From assembly GCA_964019335.1 (NCBI GenBank), contig OZ025687.1:496001-560000 (forward strand): a stretch of DNA of 64,000 nt, in the 5' to 3' direction. Source of the DNA: Diplonema japonicum. Lineage: Eukaryota; Protista; Euglenozoa: Diplonemea. The position numbers and the translations under genes are program-made. The notes beneath the pieces were generated by a model, which worked only from the letters and a program-made list of their open reading frames with translations, was not told where the DNA came from and ran no database searches. This document shows, piece after piece, positions 37,698-49,339 of the stretch (the first letter of the stretch is position 1; every line of letters begins with the position of its first letter).

Positions 37698-39293
37698 ATG
37701 TCTGGGGGTGATCATGGTGCTGACTTGGTGTTCGTTGAAGACGAGCATTTTGATGACTTGAAAGGCGACTTCACGTCAGGTCTGCTCACGACACCTGACC
37801 TGCCGACCACAGCTGACTACATGACGACAGAGTCCTTCACAGCTGACACGAACGACAGCATGGACCACACCTTCTGCGGTATTATGTTCAACGTGAGATG
37901 CAGGACTGACACACCGCCCATAGAGTTCATCCAGATCCAGGGCGTACGCGTGCGTGGGGACCTCGGCAGGGTCCGTGTCTACGTGAGGGAGCACGGCTAT
38001 GCTGATGCGTTCCACAGCGACGACAAGTGGCTCAAGATGCACGACATGGTGCACAGCTCCAGCTTGGACCAGCTTGTCCTCATGGAATTCTCTGAGCCAG
38101 TTGTGCTGTGCCCTGGCGATGTGTATGGTGTCTATGTGCACTCCTCGCTGCCCGGCGACACGGGCATTGTCTACGACAACCAGCGTGGGCACATCACGCT
38201 CAGCGACGGATATCTCGACGTGCTGCCGGGTGCGGCGCACCTCAACCCAGAGCCCTTCCGTAACATGTCCCCATGGGGCACTGAGGGCTGGCGCATGCAC
38301 AGGCAGCTTGCAGGTGGCGTCAGCTACGGCGTGAGCTTCAGGCTCTGGACACCCATGACTCACAACGTCTTCCCTGGGAGCTTCAAAAGGTTCGCAGCCC
38401 TCTCCCTGTGGACCATGATGCGGGCAGGCCTTCCTACCGACATCGCGCTACACGTCCTCAACATGTGCAAGTTTAACTGGACCACGCCCAACCAGGGCTC
38501 CTCCGTGCGCACAGTACGCTCAGGGCTGCAGCTCCTCACCCTGCGGCAGGACGGGACCTGGTCTGGACACCCGCAGAGAGAATCTGTTGTGACAGTGAAT
38601 TATGAGCACACTGACTCCGCTGACGAGACTCAAAATAAGACACTAGCAGGTGCTAGCTTCGAGATATTCGACCCCACAAGCCCCCTGCCGCATGTGTACC
38701 ACGAAGCGGTGGAGGCCATGATGGAGGGGGAGAAGGCACTGGTCATCATCGAGGGGAGCAGGAAGTCCGCAAGGACGACTCTGCAGTTGGTGAAGGTAAG
38801 CACGCCAACAATAGATGTGGATGCCAGCATATGGACCAAGGTGCTGGAGGCGGAAAGAAGAAAGGACGCTGGCAACACGTTCTACGCAGCAGGACACATC
38901 GAGTTCGCGCAGTTTAAGTACGAAAAAGGACTTGAGTTCTTCAGCGATGTGGGACCGCTGTCGCAGGATGAGATGAAGACTGTGCTGGCTGTCTTCGTAC
39001 CTCTGCTGACGAACTCTGCGGCTTGTTCTCTGGAACTGAAGGACTACCACAGTGTGCTACGGCTGACATCGTCTGCCCTGCGCTACGATGCTGACAACAT
39101 CAAGGCACTCACACGCCGGGCGAAGGCCTACTTCCATCTAGGCAACGCCGCCGCTGCCATCGTTGACATCGACAAAGGTCTCAGCCTCGACCCCGACAAC
39201 ACCGACCTCCAGACGCTCAAGACAGCCGCCACCGCTGAGGAGAAACGCAACGCCAACAGTTTAAAATCTCGCCTCCGCAATATGTTTTCTTAA
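37698..39293 (+). CDS. Protein with an uncharacterised N-terminal beta-domain, a degenerate FKBP-like region and a C-terminal TPR triplet
   Basis: EAVEAMMEGEKALVII (FKBP-like). TPRs KDAGNTFYAAG..A..KYEKGL, NSAACSLELKDY and NIKALTRRAKAY. Start 37698 or 37665; the upstream part of ORF 37458 is homopolymer-derived. Confidence 0.78.
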   Translation: MSGGDHGADLVFVEDEHFDDLKGDFTSGLLTTPDLPTTADYMTTESFTADTNDSMDHTFCGIMFNVRCRTDTPPIEFIQIQGVRVRGDLGRVRVYVREHGYADAFHSDDKWLKMHDMVHSSSLDQLVLMEFSEPVVLCPGDVYGVYVHSSLPGDTGIVYDNQRGHITLSDGYLDVLPGAAHLNPEPFRNMSPWGTEGWRMHRQLAGGVSYGVSFRLWTPMTHNVFPGSFKRFAALSLWTMMRAGLPTDIALHVLNMCKFNWTTPNQGSSVRTVRSGLQLLTLRQDGTWSGHPQRESVVTVNYEHTDSADETQNKTLAGASFEIFDPTSPLPHVYHEAVEAMMEGEKALVIIEGSRKSARTTLQLVKVSTPTIDVDASIWTKVLEAERRKDAGNTFYAAGHIEFAQFKYEKGLEFFSDVGPLSQDEMKTVLAVFVPLLTNSAACSLELKDYHSVLRLTSSALRYDADNIKALTRRAKAYFHLGNAAAAIVDIDKGLSLDPDNTDLQTLKTAATAEEKRNANSLKSRLRNMFS

Positions 39294-39518
39294 TAATAGC
39301 TACACCTCTTGTGACAACCATTCAAAGGTACAGAGAGGCGCCGTGTGTTGTGGAGGCCACGCATGTTGAGGCACCGTGTGTTGTGAATGCCTCATGCATG
39401 TGGAGTTACACACAATGCAGTCCACACTTCCGGTCGCGTGTTGACCGACTCTTTAGTAAAGTGCTTCGCGTCCGAGTCTAGTTCAATACCACCACAGGGA
39501 TACAAGCAATATAATAAC

Positions 39519-40430
39519 ATGAAAAGAGAGAGGGACTGGGACAGGGAAAGGGACAGAGACAGGGACAGGGACAGAGACAGAGGGCATGACTCTGGCAGGG
39601 GCAGATCAGACAAGCCCAGGCTGTTGAACCTGCCGTCGTACCCTGCCACAAAGAAGTGGCTGGTCAACGTGGGTGTGACACTGCGGCTCAACGAAAAGTC
39701 TGTCCTGGCGCTGATGGACGCGCACCCTGCTGACGTGTGCCTGGTGCTGCGCGACTTCTTTAAGGGTGAGGCTGAGGGGGACTGGCCGCTGCGCAATGCG
39801 CTTGTCGCAAGGAAGCTGAACCTCATCGAAAACAGGTGCGTCGGGTGTGGCAAGAAGAGCGGGCTGAAGAGGTGCTGCGGGAGCATTCAATACTGCTCTG
39901 AGACGTGTCAGAACAACGATTGGGATCTGCACAAGAAGGACTGCAATCGGGGGTCAGGGGACAAGCGGGGACCGGGAAGGGACAGAGACAGGGACAGGGA
40001 CAGGGGTGCAGATCGGGAACGGGAGAAAGGACCAGACAGGGATAAAGATAAGGAAAGAGAAAAGGATCAAAGACAGAGGCTGACGACGAGAGTGGAGAAG
40101 AAAATCGAGAAGAGCAACGACACGAAAGAAGAAGGGCCGAAGAAGGCCCTCCCGCCAGCACGCCCACCACGCATCACACACACACCGCAATTCACCTCCA
40201 GACTGTCTTTCCTGGAGGAGGCCGATGCAAGTGTGAACGCTGCCGTGAAAGAAATAGAGGAACAAGAAGCTAAAGCCAAAGAGGAGGGGGAGAATGGCAC
40301 TAACACTACCACCCAACCTGAACCTGAACCTGAACCTGAAGCAGAAACAGCACAGGAAGCAGAGGCCGCATCTCCTGAAAACTCGGACGCCAGCGAGTCA
40401 AGTGAAGAGGATTTCCTTGCTGAGGAATGA
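39519..40430 (+). CDS. RD-repeat protein with a MYND-type zinc finger
   Basis: CVGC..RCC..YCSETCQNNDWDLHKKDC, Arg-Asp dipeptide runs and an acidic tail. Confidence 0.8.
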   Translation: MKRERDWDRERDRDRDRDRDRGHDSGRGRSDKPRLLNLPSYPATKKWLVNVGVTLRLNEKSVLALMDAHPADVCLVLRDFFKGEAEGDWPLRNALVARKLNLIENRCVGCGKKSGLKRCCGSIQYCSETCQNNDWDLHKKDCNRGSGDKRGPGRDRDRDRDRGADREREKGPDRDKDKEREKDQRQRLTTRVEKKIEKSNDTKEEGPKKALPPARPPRITHTPQFTSRLSFLEEADASVNAAVKEIEEQEAKAKEEGENGTNTTTQPEPEPEPEAETAQEAEAASPENSDASESSEEDFLAEE

Positions 40431-40698
40431 GCAGATTCTTGGGACAACAAAAAAAGTAATACATCCTACTAATAACATAAGTAACAAAGTGAGTGTTTTT
40501 TTAAATTCTCCCCTCCTCCTCCCCCCCCCCCCCCCCCCCCCGCACCCTCCCGTTCTTTAGTTCTCCTAAAAAAAAAGCGAGCAAGAAAGAAGGGGGGGGG
40601 GAAAGAAAACGGGAGAGAAAAAAAAAGTGTGTCATTTTTTTGTTTCCCCGCCTGTCCCCCACCGCAAAAAAAAAAAAAAAAAAAAAAAAAAAGTCACC

Positions 40699-41229
40699 AT
40701 GACGAACGCATGGAAAATGGAGCAGCACTCAGCAGACAGCCTGATCAAAGCAAGGCGGTTGATGCGGGGATCTGAGTATTTTGCTAAGATGGCGGACAGG
40801 ATGTGGGAGAGGTCTGAGAAGATACTCTCGGAGGGCTGCCCGCGCGAGAGGAAGAAGGGTGTGTGCTATGGGTGCGGTAGGAGGGGGCATCATTACTCTG
40901 AATGCCTCTTTGTGCTGGTGAAATCAGATGTTTGCTTCACATGTGGAACCCCGGGACACAAGGCACATAGCTGCCCCCAGAATCGGCGTAGGGTAGTCCA
41001 GAAGCCACTTACTCCCACAAAAGACGCGAGATCACCACTGCCACCACCGCCACCGCCACCACAAGCAGAGCAACAACAGCATCAACATGTGCCTGTTATG
41101 TCTGCAAGCACATCTCCCCGTACGTCCCCGCCTTCTTCCCCTCATACATCATCCGCCTCCAACAGTGACTATGAGCTGGTCAGCAAGCTTTCTTCAGCCC
41201 ACTCCAGCTTCGAACAAGTTGATTGGTGA
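40699..41229 (+). CDS. Protein with two CCHC zinc knuckles
   Basis: CYGCGRRGHHYSEC and CFTCGTPGHKAHSC. Confidence 0.8.
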   Translation: MTNAWKMEQHSADSLIKARRLMRGSEYFAKMADRMWERSEKILSEGCPRERKKGVCYGCGRRGHHYSECLFVLVKSDVCFTCGTPGHKAHSCPQNRRRVVQKPLTPTKDARSPLPPPPPPPQAEQQQHQHVPVMSASTSPRTSPPSSPHTSSASNSDYELVSKLSSAHSSFEQVDW

Positions 41230-41801
41230 AACATTTTTTTTTTTTATTTTTTACAATAATAATGGTACCGTAAAAGTTTTTAACCCTCCTTTTTTTTTTT
41301 TTTTTTTTTTTCCCATTAATTTTTTTAAAAAAAAAAAAGTTGCAAAACTTACGTTCTGCTTGTGAACAGGGGCCGCTTCAGTGTCGGGAGGTATCGATCC
41401 GACGCCTTGTTGGCCCACACCATAGATGCCCCCACATATGTGGTGGGGGAGGGAGGTCTCAAACACCTGTGAAATGTTTTTTTATGAACGAGGAGTTTTT
41501 TTTTTTCCGGAGGACCCTTCTTTTCTTTATTTCTCTTTATTTTCTTGCCTTTTTTTGTTATCTTGCCCTGTTTTTTCTTTTGTTTTTTCTTGCCGTTTTC
41601 ATCCCCCCTTTTTTTTTTCTCTTTTAAACTTGGATTCTTCCTTTGTCCCTTGTAAGGTATAAGAAAGAGCAACAGAAAAAAAAAAAATGAATTGGGGCGA
41701 AAGAAAGAAAAATAATAAATGAAAAAAAAAAAAAAAAAAGAAAATAGTACAGAGAGTGAATGGGTGAGCGAGTGAGTAAGATGTGCGGAAAAATTACGTG
41801 T

Positions 41802-42040
41802 TTCGGACTTTCTGTAATTTGAAGCCTGGCATTTCTTGGAACGTAAACCATTTACAGAAAGCTATTTGGTGCATAAAACTGTAAAAGTACTTGGAAAAAA
41901 ACTTAAGTTGGCCGGGTTCAGAGTTGCTGCTGCTGTTACAGGTGGCCAGACAGCAGTGGTTGTAACCACTTGAACACATATCTGCGAAAAGTCAGAATTT
42001 CCCTATTTGAGAAAATAACGGCTTCAAATTAGAGTCCGAA
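41802..42040. mobile_element. Possible MITE with imperfect terminal inverted repeats
   Basis: TTCGGACT..TAATTTGAAGCC at the left and GGCTTCAAATTA.AGTCCGAA at the right enclose ~240 bp of non-coding complex sequence. Confidence 0.5.
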
Positions 42041-42804
42041 TGGGTAAGAAAGAAAAAAAAGAAAAAAAGCCTTAGAGAGTAGGTAGTTGTCATATTGTCA
42101 GTATATGCAGTCACACCCACCTTATTTCTTTTTGATGTTCCTCCTTCCCTCCCCCCGCATCCCCCCCCCTCTTTTTTATCCGCTGAAGAATAAAGAATAA
42201 CAGAAAAAAAAAAAAAAAAAGAAAACTAACAATACCCACACTTTAGGGGAAAACTCCCTGCTTCCCGCACAGTGATCTTGTTCGATATATTTCCTTCTTT
42301 TTTTTTTTTTTTTTTCACTGTCCTATCCCCCCTCCCTCTCATGTTTTAAGAAACAAGAAACAAGATAATTATAAGAAATATTTTTTATTTTTATTTATTC
42401 TCCTTTTGATTTTGGATTTAATTCTCCCCACCCTTTGTTTGATCCCCCCCCCCTTATTTCTTTTATTTTCCCCCTTTAAAAAAAATTATGTTAACAATAG
42501 GCATAGGCAGAATGTAATTGCTAAAGCTCTTGTATAAGTCCAGAGCCCACCTTGCGTACAGTTGATTTGCAGCTTGCATTTTTTTCCCTTTTTTTTTTCT
42601 TCTTCTTTTCTTTTCTTATGTTGTGTTTATTTTCCTGTGTGTTTTCCCCTCCTTTTCTTAGATAGTTTTTTTCCCAATAGAATTGAGGTTTTTTTTTTTT
42701 TTTTTTTTTTTTTTTCTTTTTTCTTTTTTTTTTCTTTTTCTTTTTTTTGGTGAGCCATTTTCCAGTGAATCTTTTCTTTTCCCTTTTACTTGCCTCTATC
42801 CGTA

Positions 42805-42838
<34 letters not shown>

Positions 42839-44210
42839 AGCATGCATTTCTAAGTACTCGACCTCTAGTTCACTACTTCAGCCAGTCTTTTGGCCTGAAG
42901 GTCCGGAATGTAGTTTGTTAGTTCCTGGTTAACGGTTTGGCACTTGGCATTGCATTGCTTCCTCAGAAAAAGAAGGGGGTAAAAAAAAATAGTAAATATA
43001 TAAAAAAAAAAAAATACTTTTACTCGTTTCAGTTTTTTTTCGTTTACATCGCACCTAGTATATATATAAAAAAAAAAATATTTTCCACTTTTATTAGTTT
43101 TTACATTACGGAAAAGTTCAAAAAAAAATTTTTTTTTTTTTAGTTGGATGGTCGTTGGCTAACATAACAAAAGTGGCCGCCCACGGTAAGAAAGAAAAGA
43201 AGAAGAAAAAAAAAAAGGAAGGGGAAGAAAAAGGAAGAAAAAAAAAAATGAAAAAAGAAAAACGTTGTACCTGAGTAGCACTTAAATGGGTGCGAAGGGC
43301 GCATGTTGCCTTTATTTTCGGTTTTTTTTTTTTTTTTGAGAAAATGTAGGTTTTGTTTTTCTTTTTTTGAGTTGAAAGTCGTGAGGCGATCCTGCCAGGT
43401 TCCCTTCAAAGACACCTTTTTCTTCTTTTCCCCTTGGTTCTCAGCGAATGTATTTATCTATTCCCCTGTTGCTATGATTTTTTTTTTTTTGTGTCCTTCC
43501 CTCAGCGTAGAATATTTTTAAAAGGAAAAATAGAGGGGTAAGAAAAAAAATGTTTCATTTTTTTATTCTCCCCTTTTTCCGTTCTTCCTCCCCTTTCCAC
43601 CTTTTCTTCTGTTGTATTAGAAAACTTCCCCTAAAACAAAAAAAAGGATAATAAAAAATTGAGGGAATTTGTTGATAACTTAATGTAAGAACCCTTTTTA
43701 CCCCCGCCCCAATACTTTCTTAGTAAAAAGAAGAAAAAAAAAAGAAGACGAATAAAAAAATTAAAAAAAAAACATTACACAATATTTGTACTACCGCCAA
43801 TGAGACAGGAGAAAAAAATTGTTTCCCCCCCTCCCTTTTTTTTGCCGGTTGAAAAAAAAAATGAACTTCCTTTTTTTCTTCTCTTGGGGTTTCCACTTAC
43901 ACCTCTTTTTTTAATAAAAAAAAGAGAAAAAAAAACAGATTTTTATTCTGGCAAGAGGACACTCCACGCTACCACTGGATGACCTTGGTTTCCCTCCGCC
44001 CCCTTTTTTTTTATTACCCCCCTTTTTTTCCTTTCTCTTTCGTCCCCCCCCTCTTTTTTTTTCTTTTCACTCTTCTTTCCTCACATATTAGTTTCTTTAT
44101 CTTACCCGACGGGTTTGCGCATTTAGCTCATTGCAGCCTGGAGCAAGTCGCATTTTACTGAAGAGGGCAAAGAGAGCAAAGAGCATTATTAGTTCACAGT
44201 ACACAATGCC

Positions 44211-47200
44211 ATGCAAGATGTCTCCAACACAGGACTACAGCACAGCGGGGTGCTAGGCGAAGCTAAGGAGAAATGGGTGTTAGAACTACCGATGCGGGTA
44301 GAGGGTTTGGAGCTCCTGCTGGACAAGAGTGCTAAGAAGGAAGAAAATGCGGAAGAGGAAGAAGAGGAGGCGTGTGAGTGGAGCAGTTCTACGTCAGAGT
44401 CGTGCAGCGCAGTGTCTGAAGGGGAACCGCCTCCCGTTACCACCTTCGGAGTGGGCGACTCAGTGGATTGGCGCAGTCCCTGCGGCAAGTGGGTAGGAGG
44501 GCGTGTGCTCTCCATCCTGCACAATGGTGTCCTTGACATACTCGCAGACGGTGTGAAGCATCGCACCTTTGTCAACTGCGTGCAGCACCCCATCAGTCTC
44601 AGCTACACCCAGCAAGGTCCCGTTCCTCCTAAAATCCCGGCACCCCGTGTCCGGCCTACCCCGCCCCCTTGGAACAAACCCGTCGACTGGACACACAAAG
44701 TCGCCGCACGGCAGCATGCCATCGAAATGCGGAAAGCCGCAGTTGTCGCTGACATCGAAGCCCGCTACCTCGCCAGGCAGAAGCGTGCCGGAAGGAACCG
44801 ACATGTCCCCACCGCACGTGATCAACACGCGCAGCGTGGTCATAAGTGGCTTGGTGTTGCCGTGCTTGCCTCCCGCACCCTGCTTTTCTACAACCAAACT
44901 GCACAGCAGCTGGCCGCACGGCGGTTGCAACACCTCCTCATACCCCTCATCAGAAAGGTCATTTACCGCAGGAAGTTGCAGTGCCCTCCGCAGCACGAGC
45001 CGTTCGTCACGACAGTGCTCAGCAGGTATTTAACTGGCTGGCCGCACAACAAAGTGGTGTCCATCGTTAGACGTGCTACTATGTTGGAGCTTAGCAAGAA
45101 AGGTGCTGCCATCCTACGACGGGGCGACTGGGTGACAGGATGCTTTGTGTGCATCCAGGGTAGTTTTACACCCTGCCTGAACGATGAGGAGGTGGTTGCG
45201 CACACTGCTCTCATACGAGTGGAGCAGGCACCTGAGACCGTGTGCACTACGGAGGAAGACTGCCTCTTCTGCATAGTACCTAGGTACCTGATCGAAAGGG
45301 AGGTGAGGGGCAATGCTTCTTTAGAGAAGTGGTTGGCCGCACGTGTACTAGAGCAGCGCGTGGCTTATGCCAAGGAGCACAGAAAGCTCACCGTCGCGCT
45401 CCTGCAGTCGTGTCCGTTTTTCTCCCACTGGACTCGGCCCAGCCTCGAAAAAGCAGTTGAGTGTGCAGTAGTGCAGCTATATGACAAACATGAGGAAGTT
45501 GCCATCGAGAGGGAAGTTGTCCTCAATGTGCATGTCATTGCCGAGGGACGTGGAATGCTCGTGAGGAGGGGTGCGTACAAAGGAATGGAGTCATGCGCAC
45601 TGAGAGCACGGACGAACGTGAAATGGGACCCATCAAGGATGGAGAAACCATGGATTGTGCCTGACGAGGAGACAGCCAAATGCGGGGAGCAGAATTTTGT
45701 GATAGGTCACGTACTGGGGCAGGCACCGGGGTCTCACGATCACTACGAGCTAGAAGACGGGAGATACTTGGCAGGAAACTTGGAAGCTGGAAGTATAGTG
45801 GGCCTAGACTGTGTCGCGGGGATGCTCAGCGACGAGAGCTTCATCACGTCCACAAGTGTCACGTTGTGGGCAGTTCCTTTGGCACGGCTTCTCAGCAGCA
45901 CACCTGAGCAGGACATGGCGGTCCTGTACCGGTGGAAGGCAGTCCGTGCTGCGGGCATCATCACCACATCGCCCATCACACCATCCCACCTTCTCCGAAT
46001 GACCATTTTCAGGAAACTAGATTCGTCTGTCAAAAAGCAACTCCTCCCTCTATTGTGGGAGCTCACGACGCTGCTGCGGCTGTCGTACCACGCACCTGGT
46101 GTCGTCTTCGAGGACACCACTGCATGCTTTGTTGGCTTCGCGTCGCGGGGAGTGTTGCAGTGCGCCGACAATACGATGGACCCTCTTGTCTACGGGCAGC
46201 CTTCGAAGTCCCTGTTCGCGTTGACCACCTTCGACCCCTACCATGCTTCTGCTACATTCACCGTTAAAACACGCACTTTTCTATGCCTGTGGACCCTGAG
46301 CAGCAAGGAGCTGTCCGACTGTATTATCAACTCTCCCTTTGCAGACTTGGTGCTCCCCTGCGACACCCTCCCCAGGTGGGTGACAGACGCTGTCACGTGT
46401 GACGACTTGGGTGCACCAACGGGTGTTGTTGCAAACGCACATGAAGACGAGATGCTGGTGAGCAAACCTCCTGTGTTGCCAAAGTCGCACCGCTTGATGA
46501 GGTTAGCGGCAGCAGAGGCGGAATGCGAAACAAAGCTGCAAGTTCTGAGGTTGATACGTGCAGAGCAGGGGTCGTTTTATCAAAAGAAACGACAGGAATT
46601 ATGGTGCAGACTTCGGACCGCACGCCAAGACGTGTCAAAGCTGCGGGCGAAGGGTATCTCGCACCTGGTGTGGTCACATGAGGGTGACGAGACGGAGGAC
46701 TCTGTCGCTGGATCACCCCATTCACAGAAACATACATCCCCCATAACGTTCGGCCGGTCGGGCAAGGCGTCACCGAAGGCGGTCTCCAAATTTTCTGCCG
46801 AATTTGTTGGTGCTAACTTCGGTACGAACATATGCTCTTCATTCCCGGCGGAGAATTTTGAACGCGTAACATTTACACTGAGCAACCCCCCTGTCCCCAG
46901 GCCCCCTCCGGACAGTCCCGATAGTGCCGTGTATACAAGCAAGCCGCCTAAACCTGTGGCAGAGACTCAGAACATTCCGCGCGCTGCCTCAACAACGGGT
47001 CACAAGCAGGCAAGATTTGCCACTCTCAAGCTCAAGGAGCACAGCCGCTACATGACAGGAGTAGAGCGCAAGCAACAGGAGTTCGTGCAAAGTACTGCCG
47101 CCAGCATTGATGCAGTCCGACAGACTCATGTGCCGCTCAAGACCACTTTTGCTGATATCGTTAGCAAGTGGGAAATAATAGAGAGGGAGCGCGGGCTGAA

Positions 47201-47213
47201 GGACTTCTTGTAA
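44211..47213 (+). CDS. Protein with degenerate cyclic-nucleotide-binding domains and an IQ-like motif
   Basis: ILRRGDWVTGCFVCIQG, LQSCPFFSHW...VHVIAEGRG and LLRMTIFRKL resemble cNMP-domain entries. AARRLQ..IRK..YRRK is IQ-like. Confidence 0.65.
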   Translation: MQDVSNTGLQHSGVLGEAKEKWVLELPMRVEGLELLLDKSAKKEENAEEEEEEACEWSSSTSESCSAVSEGEPPPVTTFGVGDSVDWRSPCGKWVGGRVLSILHNGVLDILADGVKHRTFVNCVQHPISLSYTQQGPVPPKIPAPRVRPTPPPWNKPVDWTHKVAARQHAIEMRKAAVVADIEARYLARQKRAGRNRHVPTARDQHAQRGHKWLGVAVLASRTLLFYNQTAQQLAARRLQHLLIPLIRKVIYRRKLQCPPQHEPFVTTVLSRYLTGWPHNKVVSIVRRATMLELSKKGAAILRRGDWVTGCFVCIQGSFTPCLNDEEVVAHTALIRVEQAPETVCTTEEDCLFCIVPRYLIEREVRGNASLEKWLAARVLEQRVAYAKEHRKLTVALLQSCPFFSHWTRPSLEKAVECAVVQLYDKHEEVAIEREVVLNVHVIAEGRGMLVRRGAYKGMESCALRARTNVKWDPSRMEKPWIVPDEETAKCGEQNFVIGHVLGQAPGSHDHYELEDGRYLAGNLEAGSIVGLDCVAGMLSDESFITSTSVTLWAVPLARLLSSTPEQDMAVLYRWKAVRAAGIITTSPITPSHLLRMTIFRKLDSSVKKQLLPLLWELTTLLRLSYHAPGVVFEDTTACFVGFASRGVLQCADNTMDPLVYGQPSKSLFALTTFDPYHASATFTVKTRTFLCLWTLSSKELSDCIINSPFADLVLPCDTLPRWVTDAVTCDDLGAPTGVVANAHEDEMLVSKPPVLPKSHRLMRLAAAEAECETKLQVLRLIRAEQGSFYQKKRQELWCRLRTARQDVSKLRAKGISHLVWSHEGDETEDSVAGSPHSQKHTSPITFGRSGKASPKAVSKFSAEFVGANFGTNICSSFPAENFERVTFTLSNPPVPRPPPDSPDSAVYTSKPPKPVAETQNIPRAASTTGHKQARFATLKLKEHSRYMTGVERKQQEFVQSTAASIDAVRQTHVPLKTTFADIVSKWEIIERERGLKDFL

Positions 47214-47273
47214 GGTTTTACTCCCATTAGTTATCAGCAGTTACACAGGTCCGCTGATGCAAAAAAACACAAG

Positions 47274-47606
47274 ATGAGCAACAGCGACAGTGATTTCATT
47301 TCAGATAGTAGCAGTGGTCCAGCTTGCGTGGTGTGTGGGAACCACGGTGGCGGGAACCTCCTCTTGAAGTGTGTGGCGTGCGACCTTGCTCTTCACTCCT
47401 TCTGCTGCCACAAGCCATTAGGTGCTGCGAGCCTGAAAATCACCAACTGGAGGTGCACGAAGTGCTTCAAGGGACACGAAGCACGCAGCGAGCTGCTACC
47501 CAGGTACGCACAGCGCACTCCGTACATTACACAGAATACGGAAATACCGAAAGTTCAAATCGAAACACGACAAAGCAAGCGGCGTCAGCATCGCTACCCA
47601 AACTGA
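47274..47606 (+). CDS. Small PHD-finger protein
   Basis: CVVC..LLKCVAC...HSFC...WRCTKC (C4HC3). Confidence 0.8.
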   Translation: MSNSDSDFISDSSSGPACVVCGNHGGGNLLLKCVACDLALHSFCCHKPLGAASLKITNWRCTKCFKGHEARSELLPRYAQRTPYITQNTEIPKVQIETRQSKRRQHRYPN

Positions 47607-47718
47607 CACCCCCAAGCCCATCCCCGTCCCCGTCCCTACCCGTTGCCCCGTCCGTTATCGTATTACAACATACACAGCATACCACCCCCCTACAGGCATT
47701 TAACACAAGTAACCAAAG

Positions 47719-49339
47719 ATGGCATTCCTTATCGATGTTGGTAGCGACCTGTTTGGCACCAAGTGCAACGTGTCCCTTGAGTTCCCTGCGCGGCCCTCTG
47801 TCACAGAGCTCACTGCTGCGTGCGAGTCGAACTTTGATGTGAGGGCAAGGGCCCAACGCCCTGCAGGGTACCCTGACACGCCTTTCAAGGTTGAGACTTT
47901 CCAACTCTTCGACGAGACTCTCCTGCGGTGGGTTGACCTTTACAATGAGCAGCAGCTCCGCCACGGCTCTCAGCTCTGGTGCTTCCAGCCGGAGTCCATC
48001 TGGCACAGTGACGCCCAGGGCGTCATCCCTAGTGCCCAGAGAGCACCCGTCACTTGGACCACACCCCTTGGCTCCCCCAGGAGGGCCAGGATCGCTGCTG
48101 ACGCTGGTGTCCCTCCCACTCTGTCCGAGAAGCTGCGCTCTGTGTTTTTCCAGATTGACGGTCAGAACAAGGGTTATCTCCTGTACCAGGACCTCGAGGG
48201 TACCTTCACGAGGTGCGACATGGCCTTCACGCAGGGCACAGCGGGCGATCTCTTCACGCTCGCCGATCAGAACAGGTCGCAGCACATCACCTATGACGAG
48301 TGGGTCAACTTTGCAGTGAGGTGCCCGTCGGTGGTCGATGCACTGTTCTTCAGGATGCGCGACATGACGCAGGACATCCCCAACTCCCCTCCTGGCTACG
48401 ACGCACAGAAGCAGAGGCAGCAAGAGTTGCAGGACTACTACAAAGACTCGTGGAGCACTCCTGCCAAGGTGCAGCAGGAGAAGGACTTCCGAGTTGCAAT
48501 GGAAGCCGAGAAGAGGAGGGCAGATGCTGACTCAGCGCTCAGGGAGCACCAGGATGCTTTGGAAAAGGCTCAGCAGGCAGCACAGTTGCACGCCCAGCAG
48601 CATGCACGTGCCAGACAGATCGCCAGCGACCAAACCTCTGCCATGGACGAGGCGCAGAACGCGCTGCTCAAGGCGGAGCAGGACGCCGCTGCCTTCGCAA
48701 ACCAGGAGGCTGCTGCCCGTCAGGCAGCGGAACAGGCGAAGTCCCAGCGTGCTGCAGCAGAGGCTGCTCTCCGTCAGGCTCAGGACCAGCACCAGGCCGC
48801 CCAGCAGCAGGCGGACAGCGAGGCGGCAGCACAGTATGCTGCTGAGCAGCATGCGGCCCAGCAGCAGGCGGCTAGGGAGCAGGCGGCACGTGCTGCCAAG
48901 CTTGCAGCGGAGGAGCATGCCCAGGCACTGAGTGCAGAAAAGGCGCAGCAGGATGCTTTGGCTGCAGCACAAGCAACACAAGCTGCGCAGCAGGCTGCCC
49001 AGCAAGCCGCTCATCAGCAGCAGCAAGCAGAAGCTGCGGCACAAGCTGCGCTTGCGGCCCAGCAGGCAAGGGAAAAGGACCTTGCCAACTCCCCCTACCC
49101 CGCCGCGCCTGCACAGACCCCTTACCAGCCTTCTCCGCCTACCTCGGCAATGGACCCCAGGAGGGACTACGAGTCTGCCAAGAGGAGAGCGGACGAGCTG
49201 CGCCAGCAGAAGGAGGACGTATGTAAAGAAAACCTAAAATCAATATCCACAGGCTGAAAGGGAAGAGAGGGAGGCCTGGAACAAACTGTACTACAGCCCC
49301 GCCAGCCCACACTACCTGTCACACAGCCCGCAGCACTGA
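47719..49339 (+). CDS. BILBO1: BILBO1-family protein (BILBO1 N-terminal domain, EF-hands, coiled coil); intron 49219-49252
   Basis: MAFLIDVGSDLFGTKCNVSLEFPARPSVTELT...WVDL...QLWCFQP parallels the T. brucei BILBO1 N-terminus as recalled. EF-hand DQNRSQHITYDEW and an Ala/Gln-rich coil. The last exon ends ...HSPQH* at 49339. Could be a paralogue. Confidence 0.82.

Noticed and set aside
39335-39400. Imperfect 33-bp tandem duplication as a CRISPR-like array
   Set aside because: Only two degenerate units, no spacers, and a eukaryotic context.
40699-41229. CCHC knuckles as retroelement Gag
   Set aside because: No protease, RT, integrase or LTRs nearby.
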